Below, in pieces: positions 53,404-64,000 of a stretch of 64,000 nt of DNA. The stretch is from Lama guanicoe (Eukaryota): NCBI GenBank assembly GCA_013239625.1, contig MU054220.1, positions 4,341,374 through 4,405,373 on the forward strand. Reading direction: 5' to 3'. Numbering within the stretch: position 1 is the first letter of the stretch; every line of letters begins with the position of its first letter. The position numbers were made by a program, and so were the translations under genes. The notes beneath the pieces were generated by a model. It saw nothing but the letters and a program-made list of their open reading frames with translations, did not search any database and was not told where the DNA came from.

Positions 53404-54293
53404 ATGTAGAGCATAGTTCAAATGTCACTTCCTCAAACAGGTCTCCTGGCCACAACCTAGTTGACCAGGTCAATCAGGGACCCCAAGCAGAGCCTTTCCT
53501 GGCTCCCAGCTGTCTCCTTTTTAGCATCTATCTGGCCATAATCAAATGACTAGCTGTCTACCTAGCTGCTTAAATGGTTTTTTTTTTCCTTCCTGGCTAG
53601 AAATACAAGTTCCACCTAAGAAGGGCCTGTGTCTTTCTTGTTCACTGATGTAGCCCCAGTACAGCACAGCGTCTGACCCAGAGTAGATGACAAGTTCCTG
53701 TTTCTCTGTGTCTCTCTCTCCTAATCCATAAGCGAATGGGAGTAACAACCCGCATGCCATCCACCTGGCAGAGCTTTGTGGGGACTGGCTGGAGGAACCA
53801 AGGGAAGGACTCGGCAGGCTGAAATGTCAGAGTATCATGAACTGTCAGCATCCCTGAATGCCAGAGGTGTAGGCTTTACTGGTGATCCGGTCCAAGTGTC
53901 CCTGACGGTGTTTTGGCCACACCGTCTTGGCTCAAACTAAATCTAATGAAAAAGCTCAAATAGCCAAAAGGGCTTGGCACGTGCAGGGAGCCCCAGAAAT
54001 ATTTGCTGAATGAATGAATGGAAATGGAGCTACTCTGGAGATGAAGGAACAGCAAAGGAGGCCCGTTTCCTCTCCTCGCAGCCCTCCCTCAAGAAATCCC
54101 AAGCCCCCTCCCCGGAGCTCTCTGAAATCCCACGGAACTAGCCCAGCCTCCCATCTTCTCCTCAAGGGATCTGAGGACAGTGGGATCAGCTGGACAGAAG
54201 AGGAATCACCCTGGGGCAAGCCATGCCCTGTGGGCTGAGCCTCAGAGGGGCCTGGGCACCACAGGGGACCCAGGGGGCTGGCAGTCAGCTCAC

Positions 54294-54383
54294 CCTTCCA
54301 GGCTCAGGACACTGCGGTACCCAACTGACTCCTCAAACACGGACAGCATGTAGACCTCATCCACCATCACGTGCAGCGCATGC
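54294..54383 (-). CDS. ACCS: ACCS exon (90 nt)
   Basis: (R)HALHVMVDEVYMLSVFEESVGYRSVLSLE(G); DEVY PLP-binding motif. Confidence 0.96.
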
Positions 54384-55005
54384 CTGGAGGGCAGGTGGTG
54401 GGGAGGAGAGAGCTTGGTTTGCAGGCCAAATGCATCCCCCTGGGGTGGGACAGCAGTGAATCAGATCCAGGACCACTGTCTAGCCCAGGGTTACCAAACT
54501 TATTTTTCAGGAACACCCTTATTTTGTTTACTTTCTTCAAACAAACAAGAAGCCGCACAGACAAAGCAGAAGATAGTGGGGCTTTTGAAGCACCGGGAGG
54601 GGGGTGACAGTGTCCTCGGGCACCTTCATGGAGGGGCACAGTTAAGTGCAAGACAGGTGAGTACAGACAGACCCAGGTTCACGTCTGCCTCACTCTAGGC
54701 TCAGTACACTGAGGATGATGACAGTCTCGGCACCTAAAAGGGTCCCTGGGAGGATTACATGAGATGGAGCAGGCAGGGTGCTCAGCAGGGGGCCTGGCCC
54801 CCAGAGCTGGCAGTAACTGACAGCCGCTGTTATAAACAGAGAGAGAGAACCAGCACCCCCTAACCCCCACCTCCCCACCCCACTGCCCGGAGGAGCCAAA
54901 GCAGGTAGAAATTCACATGGGGTGAAGAGGTGGCAGGACTCCCCCAAAGCCCACACCAGAACCCTGATCAGTCACACTTTGCGGGGTGAGTGTGGGGCGC
55001 CTCAC

Positions 55006-55106
55006 CTCTTGGCAAATTCCAGGTACTCCCGCAGCTCTCCTGGGGAGTAGATGTCACCCAGAGGATTCTGAGGGTTGATGAGGATGAGGCCTTTGACCTT
55101 CACACC
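55006..55106 (-). CDS. ACCS: ACCS exon (101 nt)
   Basis: GVKVKGLILINPQNPLGDIYSPGELREYLEFAK(R); NPxNPxG motif. Confidence 0.96.
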
Positions 55107-55827
55107 CTGAAACCATCAGTGAGGCAGGAGACCCTCAGCTCCTCCCGAAGGCCAGAGCCACACGGTCCCATGGGATGGGATGGGCGCCAGGCAGGGTCCC
55201 AGGGAAATGTGTTCACCACCCAGCAAGAAAGAAAACAAATGCAGAGAACAAAGCACAGGGGGAAATACGCCCAAACGCCAGTAGAGGTTGCCTTTGTTGG
55301 TACGATTGTGGGTGGGGATTGTGCTTTTAAAATTTCCACAATGGGTATGTATGGCTTTTATGACCAAGGTGAAAAAAGAAAATTGGATTAATAGATTTTT
55401 GAAAAGTGGACTGGGAAGGAACTGCTGGAGGGCTGCTGGTCTCTGCCTTTCTTCAGGAGGCCTCAGATCCCCTCAAAGGGAGGGGACCACCTCCTCAAAT
55501 CACCAGAGAAACTGCTGAAACACAGGCTTCTAAGCTCTACAGTCGACTGGCTGAATGAGAACCAGGCGAAGTGGGGAGCAATATTTTTAATCAAGCTCCC
55601 TGGTTGAGTCTTTGTACCCTGGGAGTCTCAGAGTCTGTCTCTAGAGAGAAGACCCTCCATGAGCGGACTCCTGCTTGACCCCAGAATGGTTCCATGCTAC
55701 CACCCTACCCCCCGTCCCCATCACAGACTGCCAACCCCACTGGGAGGGGATCAGCCACAGGAAGTGGGGTCCATGCCCCGCTCGGACCCACCCACTTCCA
55801 GCCTTCGGTTTAATTTGATCCCCAGAC

Positions 55828-55905
55828 CTCAGAAATAGCTCCTTGCAGGGCCATCTCCAGCTTCTCCACTGTGAGCTGGAACGGGTGTGTCTCCAACCCA
55901 GTGAC
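55828..55905 (-). CDS. ACCS: ACCS exon (78 nt)
   Basis: VTGLETHPFQLTVEKLEMALQGAISE; phase 0/0; donor GTCTGG. Confidence 0.94.
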
Positions 55906-56418
55906 CTGGAAAAAGATCCACAAAAGCCAGCAGCCAAATTCAGTGACCACTCCCAACCAGACCCAAACTCTGGGGCCTCTCCTCCCCCTGCCATCTCCTT
56001 TAGAACAGTCTCTGAAAAACACAGGTGGGGTCACTCCCTCTCACTGCCACCCACCCCATCACATATGCAGGGAAACCCTCATTGTTCTTAGGTTTTAGGA
56101 AGAGCCTCCTGAAGTCCTCCAACTGGGGTCCAGGGTCTGCTCTAACCCACTCTCACCCCACCATTTCAGTGTGGTCTCCCTGGGCTGCCCTTGGCTTCTG
56201 CATTGACCCTAGGAATCTCAGAGATGGAAGGTCAAGAGCCCCCAGAGAACCCAGGCAAGTGCAGCTGTGGCCAACAGAAGGCTCCAGTCTCCTTTCAGCC
56301 ATAACCCCCAGAGCGCTCAGCGTGGACTACCTCTCTCATCCACCCTCCAATCCAGATGCAGGGAAGTCTTGGTCTTTAAGAAAGGCCGGGTTCTACCTGG
56401 GGTCCCAGGAACTCTTAC

Positions 56419-56516
56419 CTCACTGTCCAGATAGACACAGACCAGTCGGACGTTGCCATAGAGATACACGTGCTGCGTGATGGCTCCGTAGTAAGGGGCA
56501 GGGATCAGGAAAGCCT
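56419..56516 (-). CDS. ACCS: ACCS exon (98 nt)
   Basis: (E)AFLIPAPYYGAITQHVYLYGNVRLVCVYLDSE; ACS-family P-x-PYY motif. Confidence 0.96.
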
Positions 56517-58504
56517 CTGGGGGCAGGAGTGGGCCAGGGCCTGTCACCCTCTGGCTGGAACGCCCAGACCCCTGTCCACTGGCCCCAAGCCTCTCCAAGC
56601 CTCCTGTATCCTTGGGGAACATCTGAGGAACACGCTTCCTCTCTCAACTCCCAAAACTCTTTCTAAAGCTTTAGAGCCACTGAGACCAGTTTCTTTTCTA
56701 ATAATTAGTAGCTAACATTTATTGAGCTCTTACTACGTGCGGGGATCTGTGCTAAATGTTTATTTGTGTTTATCTCATTTGATCCTCACAATCACTCAGT
56801 GGAGTAAGTACTATTATTATCCTAACTTCACAGGTGAGGAAACCGAAGCTTAGATGCCCAGGAAGCACTCAGCATGCTGCGTCACTCCTAGCACAGGCTG
56901 GGGTCTGCAAGTCGAAGCTGCAGGGTGATGGTCTGGGCCGGACAAATAGAAAAACTCGACAACACATAGAACTGCCCAGAGACAGAACGTGCCGCCTCAG
57001 GGGGCATGAATTCTCCCTCCCTGGGGATATGGAAAGAAAAGCTGAGACGTTAGGTGGAGGGGGTGGTATATCATACAGAAGACTATTGCTGTGGGTGGGG
57101 AGGCGATGGGTACTGATGAGACGAGTCCCAGGTCTGCGCTAACGCAGATGTAAACGCACTCCTTCGGAAAAGGACACATCCGTCAAGCTGCCCTCTCTTC
57201 CCAACTTTCCCTTCAGCACCATCCACCCTATTCACGCTCCAGAAGGGACAGCCTTGGTGGGACATGTTCCCTCCCCTGGCCCCAGGGATTGGACGAGAGG
57301 TAGACCAATGACCCCAGGAGCCCATGCACTGGCTGGCCAGAAACCCACCACGTTCTTTCTCTCTCTCTCGAGACTGTGCTGTAAGCAGCACAGACCCTTG
57401 TGAGATGAGAACGTGCACTGAAATGCAAAGGACATGTGGAGTTAGAGCTGGGCCAGCAACCCTGGGCCACACAGAGCTGAGGAAGGTCCAGAGAGAGGCC
57501 TGTATGAGAAAAGAGGGGAGACTGCGTACCCCAGTGACAGAGTGCTGCTGAACCCTCTCTCGAATGTTCTAGAATGGGTAGGAAGTTGCCTATTAAATCC
57601 AAACAATGACTCTTCCTTCTGTGGTTCAAAACCTGGCTATTACCTCTCTGTGTGATTTTGACAAGTAACTTAGCTCCCTGGGTCTTAATCTCCTCATCTG
57701 TTACATGGGGTAGCATAGCACCTACCTCATCCAGATTAAATGACAGACTATGCATAAAGCCTTAGGCCGGCACTTGAAATGTAGTATGTGGTCAATAAAT
57801 GTTACTAATATTATGGTTATTAGTTAAGTTAGTGTGAGTGCGCCTCTGCTCCTGGCCACCAGCACCCCCTGCCCATGACCATAGTCGATATGTTCCGGAG
57901 GCAACAGCGGGTCTCGCAGCAGGCACTGCTGGCCGGCCACTCAACAGCCACTTCAGTTTGCTTCCTTGCGGAGAGAGCCCCAGGTTTTTCAGCTATGACC
58001 AGCAGTAAGTCCAAGGAGGGCGGGCCTTCCCCAGCCCCAGGGGATGAACCAAGTTTGGTGCAAGCCAACCAGGGTTCTCTTCCCCTTCGCCCGGGACAGC
58101 TTTGGGAATAGGTCTCTGAGTCAATGCTGGCCCGTAAGATGCAGCGGGAGGTCTGCAGGGACTCTCCTGGGAAAGGGTAGCCCCATCTCCTCCATCCCAA
58201 TAAAAAAGAGACAGGCAAAGCACAATCTTCCTTTCTTCCTGTTTGAGGACACACTGTCATGTGAGGATGTGACAGCCAACTGTGAGCATGAAGTAAAAGC
58301 CAAGGTCGTCCCAGAACCCTGGCGTCACCTTGACTTCCCTCGGCACTGCCAAGCCCTGGTGTCTTGTTCAGCCACTTATTTAGGCCCCCTAGGGTCTAAC
58401 AGTCTATTCTAGCAAAAGCATTCTGACGCAGCCCTCAACGACAGGCAGACGGCGACAGTGCAGGAACAGGGCAGCCCCCAGTACTGAGTGGGCGATGTAC
58501 TTAC

Positions 58505-58571
58505 CCCCCACCTCACACAGCACTGTGGCCAGAGCAGAGAAGAGAGAGGCACAGCCATTGAGAACAACCAC
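58505..58571 (-). CDS. ACCS: ACCS exon (67 nt)
   Basis: VVVLNGCASLFSALATVLCEVG(E); GTAAGT donor. Confidence 0.96.
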
Positions 58572-59043
58572 CTGAGGGGGACACATCCATGGGGCAAAGA
58601 TGAATCTGTCCCAGGAGGGCGCAAGGGCCTCAGCCTCTATCCCAGGAGGCACAGAAGGAGAGCCAGGTCCCAACTCGGGGGCACAGTCACAGCAAAGCCA
58701 CAGCCCCTCCTGACTAACAGCCAAGTCTGTCTGTGTGACTCATTCATGGGGACCCTGCTCTAGATCAACTGAGCAAGGAAGAGGGAGCTGGTCACTCAGA
58801 GAGTCCTGCCTGAAGGTGTGAAGGCAAAGAGGGGCCGCACACCAAAGCAGGGCAGAAATTATACCCACTCTAAATACCTAGGATGAGGGGGGAAGAAGGG
58901 ATGTGGTGTTCCTAATTCCACTTATTCCAAGTGGGTATTCTTAATTTCAAATCAAAACTAAGTGACCAGCCAAAACCCCTGGCGGGTCAAAAGTTAAGGA
59001 GGGGGCAGAAGAGCAGGAAAGAGCCAGGGAGGGGGCCACTCAC

Positions 59044-59113
59044 ATTCTCTGGTTTAAGGGGTGCAGGGCTCTTGCAGTAGAAAGACAGGAAGCTGGCCAC
59101 TTCCTCCCGGAGG
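59044..59113 (-). CDS. ACCS: ACCS exon (70 nt)
   Basis: (F)LREEVASFLSFYCKSPAPLKPEN; GTGAGT donor. Confidence 0.96.
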
Positions 59114-60020
59114 CTGGAGATAAGATAGACACACGGGCAGGGCTTGTTAGCGGGTCTCCAAGCCCCCATCCGCCCATCCCAAAGCTCCTCTGGTGAACCT
59201 TCAGGCGGCTACCATTACCCTTCTCTGTTTCCCACAAGGGGAATGAGATCAGTATTTGTCCCCATGGTACCCACCTCTCTCCCTGGCCCCAACACCATGC
59301 ACTCGCATTGACGCTTTGATTCCAGTAGTTCTAGGACGCCCAACCCCACCTAATCAGCAGACTTCAAGAATATCAAAAATAACACTTTATACAGATCTAG
59401 CTAATAGTAGTAGTAATAATAAAAAATACAATAATTATATAACAATAACTATTATCACAGTTACTGCTAATATTTACTAAGTATTTACCTTATGCAGGTG
59501 TTATTTAGAGAATTTTCCTCATTTCATCTTCATGAAACCCCTATGATGCAACTACTATTATCATTATCCCCATTGTACAGACAAAGAAACTGAGGCTTGA
59601 AGGCGTTAGGTCATTTGCTGGAGTGGTTTGACTCAAGGGCCCACCATCCTAATTACTCGAAGAACATGTGCTTTGGAACCACTCTTGGAATCAAGTTCTG
59701 CTCTGTCACTAAACCCTTAGGACAGCATCTGGACCCTAGTAGGTGCTCAATAAATACAAACTTTTATTAGTTTCTTAATCTTACCAGCAGGCAAAGGCCT
59801 CAGCCAGCTCCCCCTAAGCTGATTCTGGCTCCTCCAAAGCTACTAAGAAACTGGAGACAAAGACTCCTCACCAGAAGTCCCTCTCCGTGCCTCAGACTCA
59901 GAGAACCAAGCCAAGGAGCTCCTAAGGGGGGTCAGATGGGCCAGAGGCACCAGTTCTCTGCAGATGCTCCAGAAGACCCCACGCCCACCAGCTCTTCAGG
60001 ACTAGGCCCTCAGCCTGGCC

Positions 60021-60235
60021 CAGGCTTTCTCAACCTGCCACTACTGATGTTTTGGGCCAGATAATCCTTTGTGGTGGGGGCACTGTCCTGGGCATTATAG
60101 GAGGTTTAATAGCATTCCTGGCTTCTACCCAATAAAAGCCAGTAATACCCCCCTCCCAGTTATAACAACCAAAAATGTCTCCAGATGTTGCCATATGTCT
60201 CTTGGGAAGAAAAACTGCCCGGGGGCTGAGAACAG
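60021..60235. mobile_element. MER20 (near full length) abutting an ACCS exon donor
   Basis: caggctttctcaacctgccactactgatgttttgggccagataatc...gctgagaac. Confidence 0.8.
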
Positions 60236-60246
60236 TAACTACTTAC

Positions 60247-60317
60247 AATAGATGTCCCCTCCAGTCAGGGTACTGCAGCAGGGACGGCTCCACCCTCAGC
60301 ATGTCGCTCTGACTCAG
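60247..60317 (-). CDS. ACCS: ACCS exon (71 nt)
   Basis: LSQSDMLRVEPSLLQYPDWRGHL(F); read directly from sequence (not in the ORF track); CAG acceptor, GTAAGT donor. Confidence 0.95.
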
Positions 60318-60967
60318 CTGGGGACAGAGAGGGCAACACAGGGCTGAGGGCCACATGCCCTCACAGTGGGGACCGGCACTGTCACCCACATCCACGCAGC
60401 TCCGGAGCCTCTAAAGCCAAGGGCTTGGTCTGCTCATCGGAGACAGAGGCAGCACAGGAACAGCATTCTCATGCCCATTTTGCAGATGAGGAAACTGAGG
60501 CTTAAAAATGTGAGAGGCCTTAGCAAATGTTACAGCACTAGCAAGTGGCAGAGCTAAGACAAAAGAATCTTTGACCCCTAGCCTAGTGCTCTTTATACAG
60601 CATGGCCACCCAAAAAACCAGAGGGGTGGATTTGTGGAGGCAGTGGTAGGAGATTGCACCATTCAGCTCCTCCATGAGTGACAATGGAGTCCCAGACTCA
60701 GGTGCCCTCCCCTCTGTCTTGGCTCTAAGTTCTAGAGGGACTCAGGGCATTGTCTTCCTTCAGGCTCAGCTCAACCTCATACTTTGGAAAATGTGGCCAT
60801 TTCCACACCATCCCCACCCTGGCCAGGGGCTGAGTTAGTGACTCCCAGGGCATCTCACACACAAAGTCAAGGAAAGATCGGAGCTTTGGGCAGTGGGACC
60901 AAAAGAAGAAAGGGAATCAGCCACATGGTCATAACTGCAGCCTTTTCCCTTTCCCCTTCGTCACTGG

Positions 60968-61241
60968 AGCTGCACTGTCCAATATGCTGGCCACACGTGG
61001 CTACTCGACACTTAACGTGTGACTAGTCTGAATGAGACACTGGATTTTGAAGACTTGATATGAAAGAAGTATGTAAAATATTAATCATTTCTATACTGAT
61101 TACATGTTGAAATGACCATATTTTAGATACACTGGGCTAAATAAAATCCATTATTAAAATGAATTCCACCAGTCTCTTTTTATTTATAGAAAATTTTTAA
61201 ATTTATACATGGCTCACATTTTATTTCTACTGGCAGCGCTG
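60968..61241. mobile_element. MER33-like hAT element
   Basis: cactgtccaatatg...tgattacatgttgaaatga...ggctcacattttatttcta...cagcgctg. Confidence 0.7.
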
Positions 61242-61477
61242 AGCTGCCTTGGAGTGGGGGACTGGCTTTGGGAAGAACAGGCTTTTCGAGCCCACTCCCT
61301 ATGTCCCTCTCCCCTTGCAGCTTAGATCGTTCCCCTTTGGAGATTTGTTCCTTTGGGTTAAGCAACGGCTCTCACTAGTCCCAAGCTCTGACTCCTAGGC
61401 CTTGAGAGACACATTTATCAGGTAGTTCCAGTGTTTTGCTATAGAAGGCTCACAGCAGCTGAAGAAATCTGAGTATT

Positions 61478-61722
61478 CTCTATGTCTGTGAGTTGGCGGG
61501 GAGGGAGGGGCAACATAAGGACAGGGGGTTAAGGGGCACAAATTATTAGGTATAAAATAAGGGCAAGGCTATATTGTATAAGATGGGGAGTATTACCAAT
61601 ATTTTATAATAACTATAAATGGAGAATAACCTTTTAAAAAATTGTGAACCGCTATATCAGATGCCTGTAACATATAATATTGTACAGCAACTATCCTTCA
61701 ATTTAAAAAAATAAAGAAAATA
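61478..61722 (+). mobile_element. 5'-truncated L1 3' end with TSD
   Basis: Ends caactatccttcaatttaaaaaaa; 16-bp TSD aagaaatctgagtatt (61462-61477) / aagaaacctgattatt (61723-61738). Confidence 0.8.
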
Positions 61723-62382
61723 AAGAAACCTGATTATTAAAGTTTGAGGAATTTTGCAAACTGGTAAAAACCAGCCATTTTCAAACATTAAATTATATAA
61801 ACTATAGGTAACTTATCATATTAAAAACAAAGGTGGAAAGTACTCAAATAATATTGCTCCTGCTTATGTTACTCCAACTTGCTATCATCTGAGCTCTGAA
61901 GGGTCTCTTGGTCTGTGTGTCCGGATGGTGGCAACCCTGCACTATGGTGCCCCCGCACCTCTCTCCCAGCTCTGAGTGCAGTGATGTCACAGCACAGGCT
62001 GAAACTGGCCACACAGTGGGTATTTACACTATGGGGATTGGCAAAAGCTACAGATCAGGGCCCACCCATCCCCAGGGCCAGTTGTTAAATACTGACCACA
62101 CATCACCTAGTATTTATTTTCTCTGAGAGCAGGGACCCAGGCAGCAGGAGAGACTGAGGAGCGGAAGAGCCAGAAGAGATGAAGAAGCCGGATCAGAGTA
62201 GGGAAGGCCAACAGGGCAGAGGAAGTGGTCCCCAAGGCATATCTGGAACCTGGGTCTCTGACTCCAGGGCCAGGGCCGCTGAGACCAGCAGGAGGCTTTT
62301 GTGGGGGAAGTATTCTGGGGAATTCCAGACAAGACAGCCCCTCGGAGCTGGGGATGCCACCCAGAGGTGCACCGGGACTTAC

Positions 62383-62442
62383 CCTCCTGGACAGCAGGTC
62401 AAAGCAGAGTTTGTTCTCACTGGTGCCCAGGTTAATGATGCC
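62383..62442 (-). CDS. ACCS: ACCS exon (60 nt), most 5' exon in window
   Basis: GIINLGTSENKLCFDLLSRR (plant ACS equivalent GIIQMGLAEN); GTAAGT donor. Confidence 0.96.
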
Positions 62443-63749
62443 CTGGAGGTGAGAGGTACGGAGCCATGTGAGCGCGGCAGAGATGGCCAGTGAAGGTCTG
62501 AGGAACATCGCAAGGCAGCAGAGCAGAGCTCTCTGCAATCCCACCCTTCCCACCACCCCTCCTGGCCTTTGCTCAAGCTGTGCCCTCCATGTAGCTCCCT
62601 GATGCCATCTTCCCATTTCTAAAGCTCTGTTCAAATGCCATCTCTTCCAGGAAGCCTTCCTCAAAATTCCACCTGCAAAGGATCTTTTCTTCTTCTGGAC
62701 CCCAAAGTGCTTTATCTGTACCCTGTTAGAGCAGTGGTCAGTTTCTGTCCCAGGTTACAGGGAGTAACATACAGGATTTATCACCCCTACTAGATGGGGA
62801 GGTCCCTGAAGGCCAGATACACTCCCAAGACAACACTATATCTCTCAAGAGCATCAGTGGGACTCAATACATATTTATGGGATAAAAGAACGTACACGTA
62901 AATTGGCGCTCTGGCAGGAACAGGAACAAGGGTGAGCGCAGAGCAAGAAGCCCTGTGCTGGTGGAAACACTCCCCGGGTGAGACCCAGGCAGCCTCATAC
63001 AGCATCCAGGTCCCCCCTCATAAGGCATTATTCTCATAGGCCAGGGATGGGGGAAGGCACAACTCAAACTGCCCCTTACAGAGTCCCCAGAGAGACTCAC
63101 ACACAGCTAATTCCTGACCCCTCAGTTATTGGCAAGGATGAAGAAGGAGAAAGGATGAAAAAATAGAACTTGAATGAGCTCAGGCTAAGACAAATAAAAG
63201 GCAGTGTCCCTTCACGTCCTGGGGAGCAAACTTATAGGATCCTCCACCCATAAGCAGTCCATCTGCAGATCCTGCCACTCCTACCTGAGCGGCATACGTG
63301 CACAGTCCAACCCCTTCTCCCCCTCCACTGCTAGGGCCCTGGCCCAAGCCGCCAGCACTTCTTGTCTACATTATCTCAATAGCTTCCCTCCTTCCTGTCC
63401 TGCTCACTCCCTCACCCCGACCCTCCCAGAGTCTAATCTCCACACAGCAGTCCCAGTCACCTTTTTAAAAAGAGAAATCAGATCATATTGCTCTTCCTTT
63501 GAACACTTTCCATCCCACTTAGTCTAAAATCAGAAGCCTCACCATGTCCTATCTGAGGTTACAGATTTATTATCACCCTGCCCCCATTACCTTTCTGACC
63601 TCATGCTGGTCTCCAGCCAGCAGCCCCTTTGCTGTCCCTTGAATTCATCAAGTACAGTTCTGCCCTGAGGCTTTTGCATTGGCTGTTCCCTCTGTCAGGA
63701 ATGCCCTTCCCCCAGATACCCACAGTGCTCACTCTCAGTACTACCCAGG

Positions 63750-64000
63750 CTCTGAGTTGGTCCCCAGTGCCCTCCACCTCCTGGTATTCACACCCTTGTA
63801 CAACCCCTTCTCCCTAAGTGTGAGTAGACCTAGTGACCTGCTTCTAATGGACAGAATCTGCAGTGTGATGGGCTGTCACTTCCAAAATTAGGTTAAAAGA
63901 GTCTGTGGATTCCATCTTGGGCACGGGTGACCTCTCATTCTCTCTTTCTCTCTTGGATTGCTTGCCTTAGGGGAAGCCAGCTGCCGTATCATGAGGCAGC
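63750..64000 (+). mobile_element. MLT1-type MaLR LTR (5' part, cut by window edge)
   Basis: cctcctggtattcacacccttgtacaacccc...gtgatgggctgtcacttcc...ggggaagccagctgcc. Confidence 0.65.

Larger units (their letters stand above)
50420..64000 (-). other. ACCS: ACCS gene span (3' 13 exons; 5' exons beyond right edge)
   Basis: 13 GT-AG exons totalling 1218 coding nt (405 aa + TGA) of a class I PLP-dependent aminotransferase-fold ACC-synthase homolog; directly upstream of EXT2 on the same strand, as in other mammals. Confidence 0.93.

Overview
Mammalian genomic DNA, most likely a camelid, judged from two copies of a tRNA-derived SINE resembling camelid Vic-1. The window matches the ACCS-EXT2 segment of the ACCSL-ACCS-EXT2-ALX4 block (human 11p11.2). 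Both genes are on the minus strand. ACCS (PLP-dependent ACC-synthase homolog): 13 coding exons from 62442 down to the stop at 50640, 405 aa, intact frame, all introns GT-AG; its first exons lie right of the window. EXT2 (exostosin-2, heparan sulfate polymerase subunit): CpG-island promoter and exon 1 near 42.4-42.6 kb, then coding exons 2-7 (391 codons, 34323 to 10444); it continues left of the window. The rest is intron and intergenic DNA with L1, L2, MIR, hAT MERs, ERVL/MaLR LTRs, microsatellites and one 158-N gap. I found no new protein-coding system; nearly all short ORFs in the track are noise. The best leads are regulatory. They are homeobox-motif-rich candidate enhancers in EXT2 intron 7, an oriented CTCF motif upstream of EXT2, translational-control features at the EXT2 5' end (uORFs, an in-frame GUG, a let-7-like complement), frame-compatible ACCS-EXT2 read-through, and an in-frame stop-free last intron in ACCS. 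Repeat family names and human comparisons are from recall, not database searches.
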